Notes under the pieces: generated by a model
What the model was told of the DNA's origin: nothing
What the model saw: the letters and a program-made list of their open reading frames with translations, nothing else
The model's database searches: none
Source of the DNA: Gammaproteobacteria bacterium
GTDB taxonomy: Bacteria; Pseudomonadota; Gammaproteobacteria; Steroidobacterales; Rariloculaceae
Assembly: GCA_036555065.1 (NCBI GenBank)
Contig: DATBLZ010000166.1
Span: 9,043 to 73,042 of the forward strand
DNA: 64,000 bases
Direction of reading: 5' to 3'
Part shown: piece by piece, positions 55,201 to 62,896 of the stretch
How positions within the stretch are numbered: position 1 is the first letter of the stretch
Layout of the letters: every line of letters starts with the position of its first letter
Made by a program: the position numbers and the translations under genes

Positions 55201-55733
55201 TCGCGCGCAACTATTTCAAGCTTCTCGCTTACAAAGACGAGTACGAAGTCGCGCGTCTGTATACGCGCACGGACTTTCTCGCGACGCTGCGCCGCAATTT
55301 CGGCAGCAACTTCAAGATCAAGTTTCACCTTTCGCCGCCCGTGATCGCGCGCCGCGACCCCAATACGGGCCGACCGGGGAAGTACGAGCTCGGCGGCTGG
55401 GTGCTCGGGCTCTTGCGCGTGCTCGCGCCGCTGAAACGCCTGCGCGGGACGCCCTGGGACCCGTTCGGGTGGACGGCAGAGAGACGCATGGAGCGGCGCC
55501 TAGTCGCCGAGTACGAACACGTGCTCGACCGGCTCGTCGCCGAGCTCGACGCGCGCCGGCTCGACCTGGCGGTCGCGATCGCGGCGCTGCCGGACGGCGT
55601 GCGCGGGTTCGGACCGGTCAAAGCAGCAGCCGTTGCCGCCTACGACTCGGAGCGCGCGTCTCTCCTAGAGCAGTGGCGCGTTGCGGCCGTTGCGCCTGCG
55701 GTGACGCGGGCGGCGCGCGCGAGCGCAGCCTAA
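52248..55733 (+). CDS. indolepyruvate ferredoxin oxidoreductase family protein (fused alpha/beta)
   Basis: 1161 aa. TPP-binding region (GCHYM...GDGTYAHSG) and 4Fe-4S motifs CEGCGDCNVQSNC...C. C-terminal IorB-like domain. Confidence 0.9.
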   Translation: MQLRNISSLDECYRFESDTLYLTGLQALVRLLLMQRRRDAAAGLDTAGFVSGYRGSPLGGLDRELWRARQFLEPASIRFQPGLNEDLAATSIWGTQQVGLFPGSRHDGVFALWYGKGPGVDRSGDAFKHGNAAGTAKYGGVLVAAGDDHTCKSSTLPHQSEYAFIDAMMPVLNPADVQELVDLGILGFALSRFSGCWVGFKVIQETADATQTVALARAEVRILTPELEMPPGGLNIRWPDPPNDQEFRLQRYKLNAALAFARANQMNRTVIDSRAPELGIVTTGKAHLDVLQALEDLGISRRRAGEIGIKLFKVGMSWPLEPDGIRAFAEGLPEIIVVEEKRGVVESQLKEQLYNWQARLRPLIIGKQDEQGEWILPPSGELTPARIARVLARRMERFYSSPDVAERVRFLELQEKHLAAIPRDTRRLPHFCSGCPHNTSTRVPEGSRAIAGIGCHYMAAWMDRDTITFTQMGGEGVTWIGQAPFTTTPHVFQNLGDGTYAHSGLLAIRAAVAAGVNITYKILFNDAVAMTGGQPVEGGFTVANVAQQLVAEGVAPIMIVSDDPEKHAGNRELPGSVSVHDRRELDRLQRELREKPGVSAIIYDQTCAAELRRKRKRGIVAAPNRRVVINDLVCEGCGDCNVQSNCLSVMAHETEFGRKRHINQSACNQDFSCLEGFCPSFVTLEGATRNPPRPLAGEMLPNLPAPTPADLGSAYNILIAGIGGTGVVTASGLIGLAAHLEGRVVLQLDQTGLAQRFGAVLSHVRIAADRERVHGMRTPAGHVDLLLGADLMVAADTDSLSMLAPDRSTVIVNTHEEMPPNFIRDRDFQFPSALLLDELRSRCRADRLYKIEATRLASALLGDSIGANVFMLGFAFQRGLLPLTGASLYRALELYGVNVTENKLAFDWGRYAAENPREVEDLASGTTDESVPRSRSLAETVARRAAFLEDYQDKAYADRYRERVAQITALETRAVPGSQRLAEAVARNYFKLLAYKDEYEVARLYTRTDFLATLRRNFGSNFKIKFHLSPPVIARRDPNTGRPGKYELGGWVLGLLRVLAPLKRLRGTPWDPFGWTAERRMERRLVAEYEHVLDRLVAELDARRLDLAVAIAALPDGVRGFGPVKAAAVAAYDSERASLLEQWRVAAVAPAVTRAARASAA

Positions 55734-55740
55734 AGAACCG

Positions 55741-56085
55741 CTAAGGGCGGCGCGTGCGGTCCTCTTCGGCGGTGGCGCAGCGGATGCAGCGGGCGGCGAA
55801 GGGATAAGCTTTGAGGCGGGCCATCGGAATCGTCTCCCCGCAATCGACGCAATTGCCGTAGACGCCGTTCTTGATTTGGTCGAGCGCTTTTGCGATCCGC
55901 GATAACTCCAGACGCGCCTCGTTGCCGAGCGCGTCGACGACCTCGGCATTCTCGAGCTCCTGCGCTTGCTCCTGCGAATCCGCGCTGCGTCCGCCCGTGA
56001 GATTCCTCTTGATGTTATCGAGCCGCGCGACGAGCTCGTCGCGCTTGACGATCAAGGCTTCACGAATCTCGACATACTGGTCCAT
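55741..56085 (-). CDS. DksA/TraR-family C4 zinc-finger protein
   Basis: 114 aa with a coiled-coil N-terminus. Zinc finger CVDCGETIPMARLKAYPFAARCIRC. Confidence 0.8.
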   Translation of the reverse strand: MDQYVEIREALIVKRDELVARLDNIKRNLTGGRSADSQEQAQELENAEVVDALGNEARLELSRIAKALDQIKNGVYGNCVDCGETIPMARLKAYPFAARCIRCATAEEDRTRRP

Positions 56086-56175
56086 AAGCGTCCTTTTCCC
56101 GCTTGTTGGCCGGCCTCGCGGATGAGGATATGCTGCAACGAATTCGCATTCGGCGAAAGGCCTTGGAGTCGAACT

Positions 56176-57963
56176 ATGCGCCCCGGAACGACGCTAATAC
56201 CGTTGTCGACCTTGATATTGCTCAACGCCTGCTCGGAGCGAGTCTCCGTCGACGATGCGCAAAGCTTCATCGCGGCGACCGAAACCGAGCTCGACGATCG
56301 GTTGGAGTACTCGAGCCGGATCGCCTGGGTCCAGGCCAATTTCATCACGGACGACACGGATTGGCTCGCCGCCCGCACCGACGCCGAAGACACGACGCGC
56401 GCGGTTGCGCTCGCCAATGAAACCAAACGCTTCGAGAATCTGACGCTCCCAGAGGATCTCGAGCGAAAGATGAACATATTGCGCACGGGAATCACGTTGC
56501 CGGCGCCCTCGCGCCCGGGCGCAGCCGAGGAGCTCGCGGAAATCTCGACGTGGCTCGCGTCGACCTACGCGCGCGGCGAGTTCGAGGTCGACGGAAAGAC
56601 CTTCGATTTGCAATCGGCGGAGACCGTCATCGACTCGTCGCGCGATCCGGCGGAGCTCGAGGCCGTTTGGGAAGGGTGGCAGACGATTGCAGTGCCGATG
56701 CGCGACCGTTATGCGCGCATGGTGGAGATCGCCAACGAAGGCGCGCGCGAGCTCGGCTTCACGGACCTCTCGGAGATGTGGCTTTCGCGGTATGGCATGA
56801 GCCCCGTGGCCATGGAAGAGGAGGTCGATCGTCTTTGGACGCAGGTGGAGCCGCTCTACAAGGCACTGCATTGTCACGTGAGAGCGCGTCTCAATGAACA
56901 TTACGGCGACGAAGTCCAGCCGGCGACCGGCCTCATTCGCGCGGATCTCCTCGGCAACATGTGGGGGCAGCAGTGGGGCAATATCTATGACCTCGTCGCG
57001 CCCGAGGGCGAGGCCTCGAGGATCGATCTAACGGCGGTTCTCAATGCGCGCGGCTTCACGCCCGAGGACATGATTCGCACGGGCGAGGGATTCTTCACGT
57101 CGCTCGGGTTCGAGCCGTTGCCCGCGACGTTTTGGCAGCGATCCCTGATTACGAAGCCGCGTGACCGCGACGTTCAATGTCACGCATCGGCGTGGGACCT
57201 CGACGGGCGTGACGACGTGCGCATCAAGATGTGCACGGAGATCAACGCCGAAGACTTCAATACCGTGCATCACGAGCTCGGGCACAACTTCTATCAACGC
57301 GCCTACGCAGACCAGGATCCGCTGTTTCGCGGGGGCGCGCACGATGGGTTCCACGAGGCGGTCGGCGACTTCATTGCGCTATCGGTCACGCCCGAGTACC
57401 TCGTCAAAATCGGGCTCATCGACGAAGCCCCCGACGCGTCCGCCGACGTCGGCCTTCTCATGCGCCAAGCGCTCGACAAGATCGCGTTCTTGCCGTTCGG
57501 CTTGCTCGTCGATCAGTGGCGGTGGCGCGTTCTGCGCGGGACGGTCGAGCCCGAGCGATACAATGACCTTTGGTGGGAGCTGCGAGCGCGCTATCAGGGT
57601 CTGCGCCCGCCGAGCGATCGGCCGGCCGATGCGTTCGACCCCGGCGCCAAGTACCACATCCCCGCAAGCACGCCGTATCTACGGTATTTCCTTTCCTACG
57701 TCATGCAGTTCCAGCTCCACGAAGCGGCGTGCCGGATGATGGGCTCCGAGGTCCCGCTGCATCGCTGCTCGATCTACGGCAGCCACGAGGTCGGCGCGCG
57801 ATTGAATGCGATGCTCGAGCTCGGCGCGTCGCGGCCGTGGCCCGAGGCGCTCGAGGCCTTCACGGGGACGCGCACGATGGACGGCTCGGCGATCATCGAA
57901 TACTTCGCGCCGCTGATGGCGTACCTCGCGGAGCAGAACGAAGGCCGTACCTGCGGCTGGTAG
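56176..57963 (+). CDS. M2-family (angiotensin-converting-enzyme-like) peptidyl-dipeptidase, lipoprotein
   Basis: 595 aa from ATG 56176 with lipobox LLNAC. Zincin motif HHELGHNFY with downstream EAVGD. ACE-like segments RYFLSYVMQFQLHEAAC. Confidence 0.88.
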   Translation: MRPGTTLIPLSTLILLNACSERVSVDDAQSFIAATETELDDRLEYSSRIAWVQANFITDDTDWLAARTDAEDTTRAVALANETKRFENLTLPEDLERKMNILRTGITLPAPSRPGAAEELAEISTWLASTYARGEFEVDGKTFDLQSAETVIDSSRDPAELEAVWEGWQTIAVPMRDRYARMVEIANEGARELGFTDLSEMWLSRYGMSPVAMEEEVDRLWTQVEPLYKALHCHVRARLNEHYGDEVQPATGLIRADLLGNMWGQQWGNIYDLVAPEGEASRIDLTAVLNARGFTPEDMIRTGEGFFTSLGFEPLPATFWQRSLITKPRDRDVQCHASAWDLDGRDDVRIKMCTEINAEDFNTVHHELGHNFYQRAYADQDPLFRGGAHDGFHEAVGDFIALSVTPEYLVKIGLIDEAPDASADVGLLMRQALDKIAFLPFGLLVDQWRWRVLRGTVEPERYNDLWWELRARYQGLRPPSDRPADAFDPGAKYHIPASTPYLRYFLSYVMQFQLHEAACRMMGSEVPLHRCSIYGSHEVGARLNAMLELGASRPWPEALEAFTGTRTMDGSAIIEYFAPLMAYLAEQNEGRTCGW

Positions 57964-57977
57964 GCGCGTTTGGGTCT

Positions 57978-58001
57978 TGTGGGAGCGGCTTTAGCCGCGA
58001 C
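57978..58001 (+). repeat. REP-like hairpin element, copy 3
   Basis: TGTGGGAGCGGCTTTAGCCGCGAC lies between the convergent stops of the M2 peptidase and sulfotransferase genes. Confidence 0.85.
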
Positions 58002-58005
58002 CGCG

Positions 58006-59247
58006 TCAGCCGTCAGCGTTGACGGCGATGTTGAAGCGCGCGCAGTAGTCGCCGAAGCGGCGCAGCTCGGCGTCGCGGTCGAGGCCGTATTCCGCGAGCG
58101 AGTAACGATGCACGCCGTGCTTGTTTTTAGGATTCGCATCGACGAACCGCGTCATCGCGGCGCGCGCGCCAGCGGATAGCCGCCAGCCGAGAAACGTATA
58201 GACGCGTTCGACGGTCTTGAGCGGCGAATTCTCGATGGCGTCATAGTCGAGATCGAGGAACCGCTCCGCAGCACTGCGGTCGCGGACCGCGAGGAATTTT
58301 CGCAGGGCTTGCGCCCAGCGCTCCGTCCAATCCGCCGCGATCCGCTCGGGCACGGCTGAATCACTGAAGGCGCGGCGCAGCACCGTCGCGTGGCTCGCCA
58401 TCGAGGCCATGACGCGCAGCGGATCGCGATGCGTCTGAATGATCTTCGCATCGGGATAGCGCGCGAGCAGGTCGTCGAGCGCAAACAAGTGCCCCGGTGC
58501 CTTGAGAACCCACCGCCGCCCGGGACGGCGCTCCTCGAGATGTTGTAGCAACCGAAAATGAAACTCGTATCCGAGTCGCTGCGAATTTTGCTCGAACCAA
58601 GTCTCGTAGGACGGCACGTCGTGAGTCGTGTGGAACTGAATGCTCATGAAGACTTGGGCAGTGATTGCAATGCACTCTTGCGGGAGATCCGGAGCGATCG
58701 GATGGATAGTTTTGAATTGCGGCGCGAGTCGGTTCGCCCACGCGAGCCGCGACGCGGTGAGCTTGCGCGCGGAATCGATTCCCTGCTCGGTGTTCGGGAA
58801 CGTCGCCGGGAACATGACCTCCCATGTCCGCGGCACACGATTATCGGGGTCCTCGCTCATGAGCCCGTGTAGGAGCGTCGTGCCCGTGCGTGGTAGGCCG
58901 ATGATGAACACGGGTGCCTCGATTCTCCGATCCGCGATGCGCGGCGCGCGCGCGCGCTCGGCTTCGAGGTGCAGCAGGTTCTCCAAGAGACTCACGATGA
59001 GCTCGCGGACGGTGACGCGCCCGAGCGTCGTCAACGCGGCCTCGTTCTGGTACGCACGCATGAGCCGCTCGAGGGGCTCGTCGATCGGCCAAGCGCCGAA
59101 GTCCGCCAAGCCTGCGCGACGGCGCGCCGCCGCGCGCAACGGCTCGACATCGAGCGACGGCGCCGATATGCCGAGACGAGCGAGCGTTTTTCCGCCGACG
59201 TTGAGAGCATTCACCGCGGCGCCGACGGCAGCTTCCGACAGACTCAT
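58006..59247 (-). CDS. sulfotransferase family protein
   Basis: 413 aa from ATG 59247. The 5'-PSB loop GLPRTGTTLLH is typical of PAPS-dependent sulfotransferases. Also has the later RDP...S motif region (THRDPLRVMAS). Confidence 0.75.
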   Translation of the reverse strand: MSLSEAAVGAAVNALNVGGKTLARLGISAPSLDVEPLRAAARRRAGLADFGAWPIDEPLERLMRAYQNEAALTTLGRVTVRELIVSLLENLLHLEAERARAPRIADRRIEAPVFIIGLPRTGTTLLHGLMSEDPDNRVPRTWEVMFPATFPNTEQGIDSARKLTASRLAWANRLAPQFKTIHPIAPDLPQECIAITAQVFMSIQFHTTHDVPSYETWFEQNSQRLGYEFHFRLLQHLEERRPGRRWVLKAPGHLFALDDLLARYPDAKIIQTHRDPLRVMASMASHATVLRRAFSDSAVPERIAADWTERWAQALRKFLAVRDRSAAERFLDLDYDAIENSPLKTVERVYTFLGWRLSAGARAAMTRFVDANPKNKHGVHRYSLAEYGLDRDAELRRFGDYCARFNIAVNADG

Positions 59248-59330
59248 GGGTGAGATCAGGTCTTTTGCTACTATGTTTCGCGCGGCATTGTGGCCCAGCC
59301 ATCGTCCGCCAGGCAATCGCAAACCCGCGT

Positions 59331-59852
59331 ATGACGCTCGAAGAGATTCGCTCGCTGATCAGGGACGTTCCCGATTTCCCTAAACCGGGCATCGTGTTCA
59401 AGGACATCACGCCGCTGCTTGCGAGCCCGCGCGGCTTCGGCGCGACGATCGAGCACCTCGCGAGTCACGCGCGCGACCTGCGCGCCCACGGCGTCCTCGC
59501 GATCGAGTCGCGCGGGTTCCTCTTCGGCGGCGCGCTCGCGCGCGAGCTCGGTTTGCCGCTGCAATTGGTGCGTAAGAAGGGCAAGTTGCCGCGCGCCGTC
59601 GTCAGCGTGCCTTACGAGCTCGAGTACGGAGTCGATCACGTCGAGATGCACGCCGACGCGATCGAGCCGAAGCGTCGCTATCTCATTGTCGACGACGTCA
59701 TCGCGACGGGCGGGACGGCGGCCGCGACCGCACGGCTCGTGCGCCAGCAGGGCGGCGAGGTTGCGGCGTGCCTCTTCTGTATCGAGCTCGCGTTCCTGCG
59801 CGGCCGCTCGGCGCTCGCGGACATTCCCGTCCACAGTCTCATCACCTACTAA
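59331..59852 (+). CDS. apt: adenine phosphoribosyltransferase
   Basis: 173 aa from ATG 59331. Contains DFPKPGIVFKDITPLL and the PRPP motif YLIVDDVIATGGTA. Confidence 0.93.
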   Translation: MTLEEIRSLIRDVPDFPKPGIVFKDITPLLASPRGFGATIEHLASHARDLRAHGVLAIESRGFLFGGALARELGLPLQLVRKKGKLPRAVVSVPYELEYGVDHVEMHADAIEPKRRYLIVDDVIATGGTAAATARLVRQQGGEVAACLFCIELAFLRGRSALADIPVHSLITY

Positions 59853-60094
59853 TCCTTGGCTGTGGGAGCGGCTTTAGCCGCGACTCTTGCGCGTTGCTGG
59901 GTCGAGCGCGTGAGGGATGGGGGCGCTCCGGCTCAGACATCCCCGCCGCGCCGACGAAGGGCTTTCGCCTATGTAAGTTCGCGGTGTCGGCGCGCGGGGA
60001 ACTCGCCGTCGGCCCCCATTCCCCCACGCACCCGCCCCAGCTCCGCGAGCACTCGCGTCGCGGCTAAAGCCGCTCCCACAGCCAAGGATTAGTA
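59847..60094. repeat. 248-bp composite palindrome: two inverted REP-containing units with perfect 38-nt termini
   Basis: TACTAATCCTTGGCTGTGGGAGCGGCTTTAGCCGCGAC at 59847-59884 has its exact reverse complement at 60057-60094. The REP cores are at 59861-84 and 60057-80. The inner 172 bp are recognisably related inverted halves but diverged. Confidence 0.85.
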
Positions 60095-60997
60095 CGAACG
60101 CTTCAGGATGAAGTCCGCGACCGCGAGGAGCCCGTCGTGGTTCGCGCCGGCCGCGCGCAGCGCCGCGAGCGCACGCGCGTAGATCTCGTCGGCGCGCTTG
60201 CGAGCGCCGTCGGCGCCGAGGACCGACGGATACGTCGATTTTTGGTTTGCCGCGTCGCTGCCCGCGTTCTTGCCGAGCGTCGCCGTGTCTTGCTCGATCT
60301 CGAGCAGGTCGTCGCGAATTTGGAATACGAGGCCGATCTCGCGCGCGAAGACGTCGAGCGATCGTCTGGATTCCGCGGTTAGGTCGCCGAGCTCGCTCGG
60401 CATCATGATCGCCGCCCGAATCAGCTGCCCGGTTTTGCGCCGATGGATATCCTCGAGCGCGCGCTCATCGACGCGGTGCCCCTCGGCCTCGAGATCGAGC
60501 GCTTGTCCGCCGACCATGCCTTCGGGGCCGATCGCGCGCGCAAGCCAGGCGATCACGCGCATCTGCTTCGCGGGCGCGGCCGACAACACCGGATCGTCGC
60601 AGAGTATCTCGAACGCCAGCGCTTGGAGCGCATCGCCTGCGAGGATCGCGGTTGCCTCGTCGAACGCGCGGTGCGTCGTCGGGCGGCCGCGGCGCAGATC
60701 ATCGTCGTCCATCGCCGGCAGGTCGTCGTGAACGAGCGAATAGGCGTGCACGAGCTCGACGGCCGCGGCGATCGGATCGAGCGCGCCGACCTCGACGTTG
60801 CCGAACTCGCCCGACGCGTAAACGAGCAACGGCCGTATGCGCTTGCCGGCGCCGAGCACGGAGTACTCCATCGCTGTGCGCAACCGCGTGGGCATCCCCG
60901 TGCCGCGCGCGAGCACGTGCGTGAGGTGCCCATTAACCCTGTCTCGATAGGAATCGATCCGGGTCGCGACCGCGTCTCGCAGGGCTCGTGCTATCAT
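60089..60997 (-). CDS. ispA: (2E,6E)-farnesyl diphosphate synthase
   Basis: 302 aa with FARM LVHDDLPAMDDDDLRRG and SARM FQIRDDLLE. Confidence 0.9.
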   Translation of the reverse strand: MIARALRDAVATRIDSYRDRVNGHLTHVLARGTGMPTRLRTAMEYSVLGAGKRIRPLLVYASGEFGNVEVGALDPIAAAVELVHAYSLVHDDLPAMDDDDLRRGRPTTHRAFDEATAILAGDALQALAFEILCDDPVLSAAPAKQMRVIAWLARAIGPEGMVGGQALDLEAEGHRVDERALEDIHRRKTGQLIRAAIMMPSELGDLTAESRRSLDVFAREIGLVFQIRDDLLEIEQDTATLGKNAGSDAANQKSTYPSVLGADGARKRADEIYARALAALRAAGANHDGLLAVADFILKRSY

Positions 60998-61031
60998 TAT
61001 TTGTCATCCTAACACCGGCGCAGCGCCGCGC

Positions 61032-62135
61032 ATGCACTCGAACGCCGAAGCTAGCCCACTCGACGGTGCCAGACGAGCAGATCTCGAGTATCAGGCGGCG
61101 ATCCTCCCCGGCGTATCCAGAACGTTCGCATTGACGATTCCGGCGCTTCCCGCGCGCCTCGCCGATGTCGTCACGAATGCCTATCTGCTGTGCCGTCTCG
61201 CCGACACCATCGAGGACGACGTGGCCTTGAGCAATGGCGAGAAATCGCTGTTTCACAACCGTTTCGTTCGCGTCGTCGAAGGGGCGGAATCCGCAGAAGC
61301 GTTCGCGGCGGAGCTCGCGCCGTTGCTTTCGACGCGCGTGCTGGACGATGAGCGCGATCTCGTGCGCAACACCGCGAAGGTCGTCCGAGTCACACAAGGA
61401 TTCTCGCAGGAGCAGCAGGCCGCGCTGATTCGCTGTGTGCGGATCATGTGCTCGGGAATGCCCGAGTTCCAGCGCAAGAAGAGCCTGAAAGGGCTCCGCG
61501 ACCTCGAGGAAATGGGCGCGTACTGCTATTTCGTCGCCGGCGTCGTCGGCGAGATGTTGACCCAACTCTTTTGCCTGCATTGCGCTGAGATCAACCAAAA
61601 CCGCGATCGCCTCATGGCGCTCGCCGTGTCGTTCGGTCAAGGCCTGCAGATGACGAACATACTCAAGGACATCTGGGACGATCGCGAGGCCCAGGCCTGT
61701 TGGCTCCCGCGGTCCGTCTTCGGCGACGGCAAGTTTCGCCTCGAGGCGCTCGACGAGGAGCATCGATCCGAGGCGTTCGTCACGGGGCTCAACAAGCTCG
61801 TGGGCGTCGCCCATGCGCATTTGCGCGACGCCATGGAATACACGTGTCTCATACCGAAACGCGAAGCGGGCATTCGCAAGTTCTGTTTTTGGGCCATTGG
61901 GCTTGCGGTGATGACGCTGCGCAAGATTCATCGCAATCCCGCCTTCACTTCCGGCGCAGAAGTCAAAGTGTCGCGCCGCACCGTCACGGCGACGGTCGTA
62001 ACGACGAATCTCACTCTCATGAGCAATCGTGCATTGCGCATGATCTTTGCGCGCGCGGCCGACGGTTTGCCGCTCGCGAATCCAAACTCGTGGCGGGAGC
62101 GCGCAAGCTACGGAGCGGCGACCGAGGTTTCGTGA
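61032..62135 (+). CDS. sqs: squalene synthase-type farnesyl-diphosphate farnesyltransferase (squalene/phytoene synthase family)
   Basis: 367 aa. Asp-rich motifs LADTIEDD and NILKDIWDD, plus YCYFVAGVVGEML. The length fits single-enzyme Sqs rather than ~290-aa HpnC/HpnD. Confidence 0.75.
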   Translation: MHSNAEASPLDGARRADLEYQAAILPGVSRTFALTIPALPARLADVVTNAYLLCRLADTIEDDVALSNGEKSLFHNRFVRVVEGAESAEAFAAELAPLLSTRVLDDERDLVRNTAKVVRVTQGFSQEQQAALIRCVRIMCSGMPEFQRKKSLKGLRDLEEMGAYCYFVAGVVGEMLTQLFCLHCAEINQNRDRLMALAVSFGQGLQMTNILKDIWDDREAQACWLPRSVFGDGKFRLEALDEEHRSEAFVTGLNKLVGVAHAHLRDAMEYTCLIPKREAGIRKFCFWAIGLAVMTLRKIHRNPAFTSGAEVKVSRRTVTATVVTTNLTLMSNRALRMIFARAADGLPLANPNSWRERASYGAATEVS

Positions 62136-62887
62136 TGGCGGCCGAGCTCGGGCGCGCCGCAGGAGAAGGTCTGCCACGCGCCGCACGCGTCGCCGTGATT
62201 GCAGCGCTCGCCTCGGAGCGCGTCGGGCTCGATACGATGCCGCGCGGCGCCGTCTACATCGACGTTCTGCAGAGCGGTCCCGGCCCGGCACGGGCGCGCG
62301 CTGCAGCACGCGCGGCAGTCGCCGCGGGGGCGAATGCGCTCGTCGCGTGGGGTCTCGCCGGCGGGCTCGTCCCACGCCTCCGTCCCGGGGATGTCGTGCT
62401 GCCCGAACGCGGATTCAGCATTGGGGGCCCAGAATGGCGCGCCGCACCGCGCTGGCATGCGGCGCTCGAACGCGCGCTCGGCGGCGCGTTTCGCGTTCAC
62501 ACGGGCACGCTCGTGAGCGTCGCCGAAGTTCTCGCATCGCCGGTTGCGAAACGCACGGCCGCGGAGTCGTGCGGCGCGACCGCAGTCGATATGGAATCGG
62601 CGGCCATCGCCGCCGTGGCCGCGGGTGCAGGTATTCCGTGCGTCGCGGTACGTATCGTCGCCGACACGAGCGTCGATTCGCTGCCCGATGACATCGGCAA
62701 ATGGATCGACGCCTCCGGCCGCCGCCGTCTCCTGCCGCTGCTCGGCACCGTCGTTGCGCCCGCGCAGTGGCCGATGCTGATGCGCTTGGCGTCGCGCCAC
62801 CGCGCTGCGCGCCGGACGCTCGCTGCCCTCGCCGAACGCCTCGTGCCGAGCGGATTCCAGTTTGCACCGGCCGCCGCGCAAAGCTGA
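62135..62887 (+). CDS. hpnG: hopanoid-associated phosphorylase HpnG (PNP/MTAN-fold)
   Basis: 250 aa. ATG 62135 overlaps the sqs stop (TGATG). Nucleoside-phosphorylase-like ATAVDMESAAIA motif. Context lies between sqs and hpnN. Confidence 0.7.
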   Translation: MAAELGRAAGEGLPRAARVAVIAALASERVGLDTMPRGAVYIDVLQSGPGPARARAAARAAVAAGANALVAWGLAGGLVPRLRPGDVVLPERGFSIGGPEWRAAPRWHAALERALGGAFRVHTGTLVSVAEVLASPVAKRTAAESCGATAVDMESAAIAAVAAGAGIPCVAVRIVADTSVDSLPDDIGKWIDASGRRRLLPLLGTVVAPAQWPMLMRLASRHRAARRTLAALAERLVPSGFQFAPAAAQS

Positions 62888-62896
62888 CGATCGTCG

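Noticed and set aside
59768-60092. ORFs of 61-99 aa inside the apt-ispA palindrome (59768-60067, 59842-60027, 59856-60092)
   Set aside because: They are read through REP sequences and give the recurrent REP-derived peptides. They overlap each other in different frames and have no RBS or coding-like codon bias.
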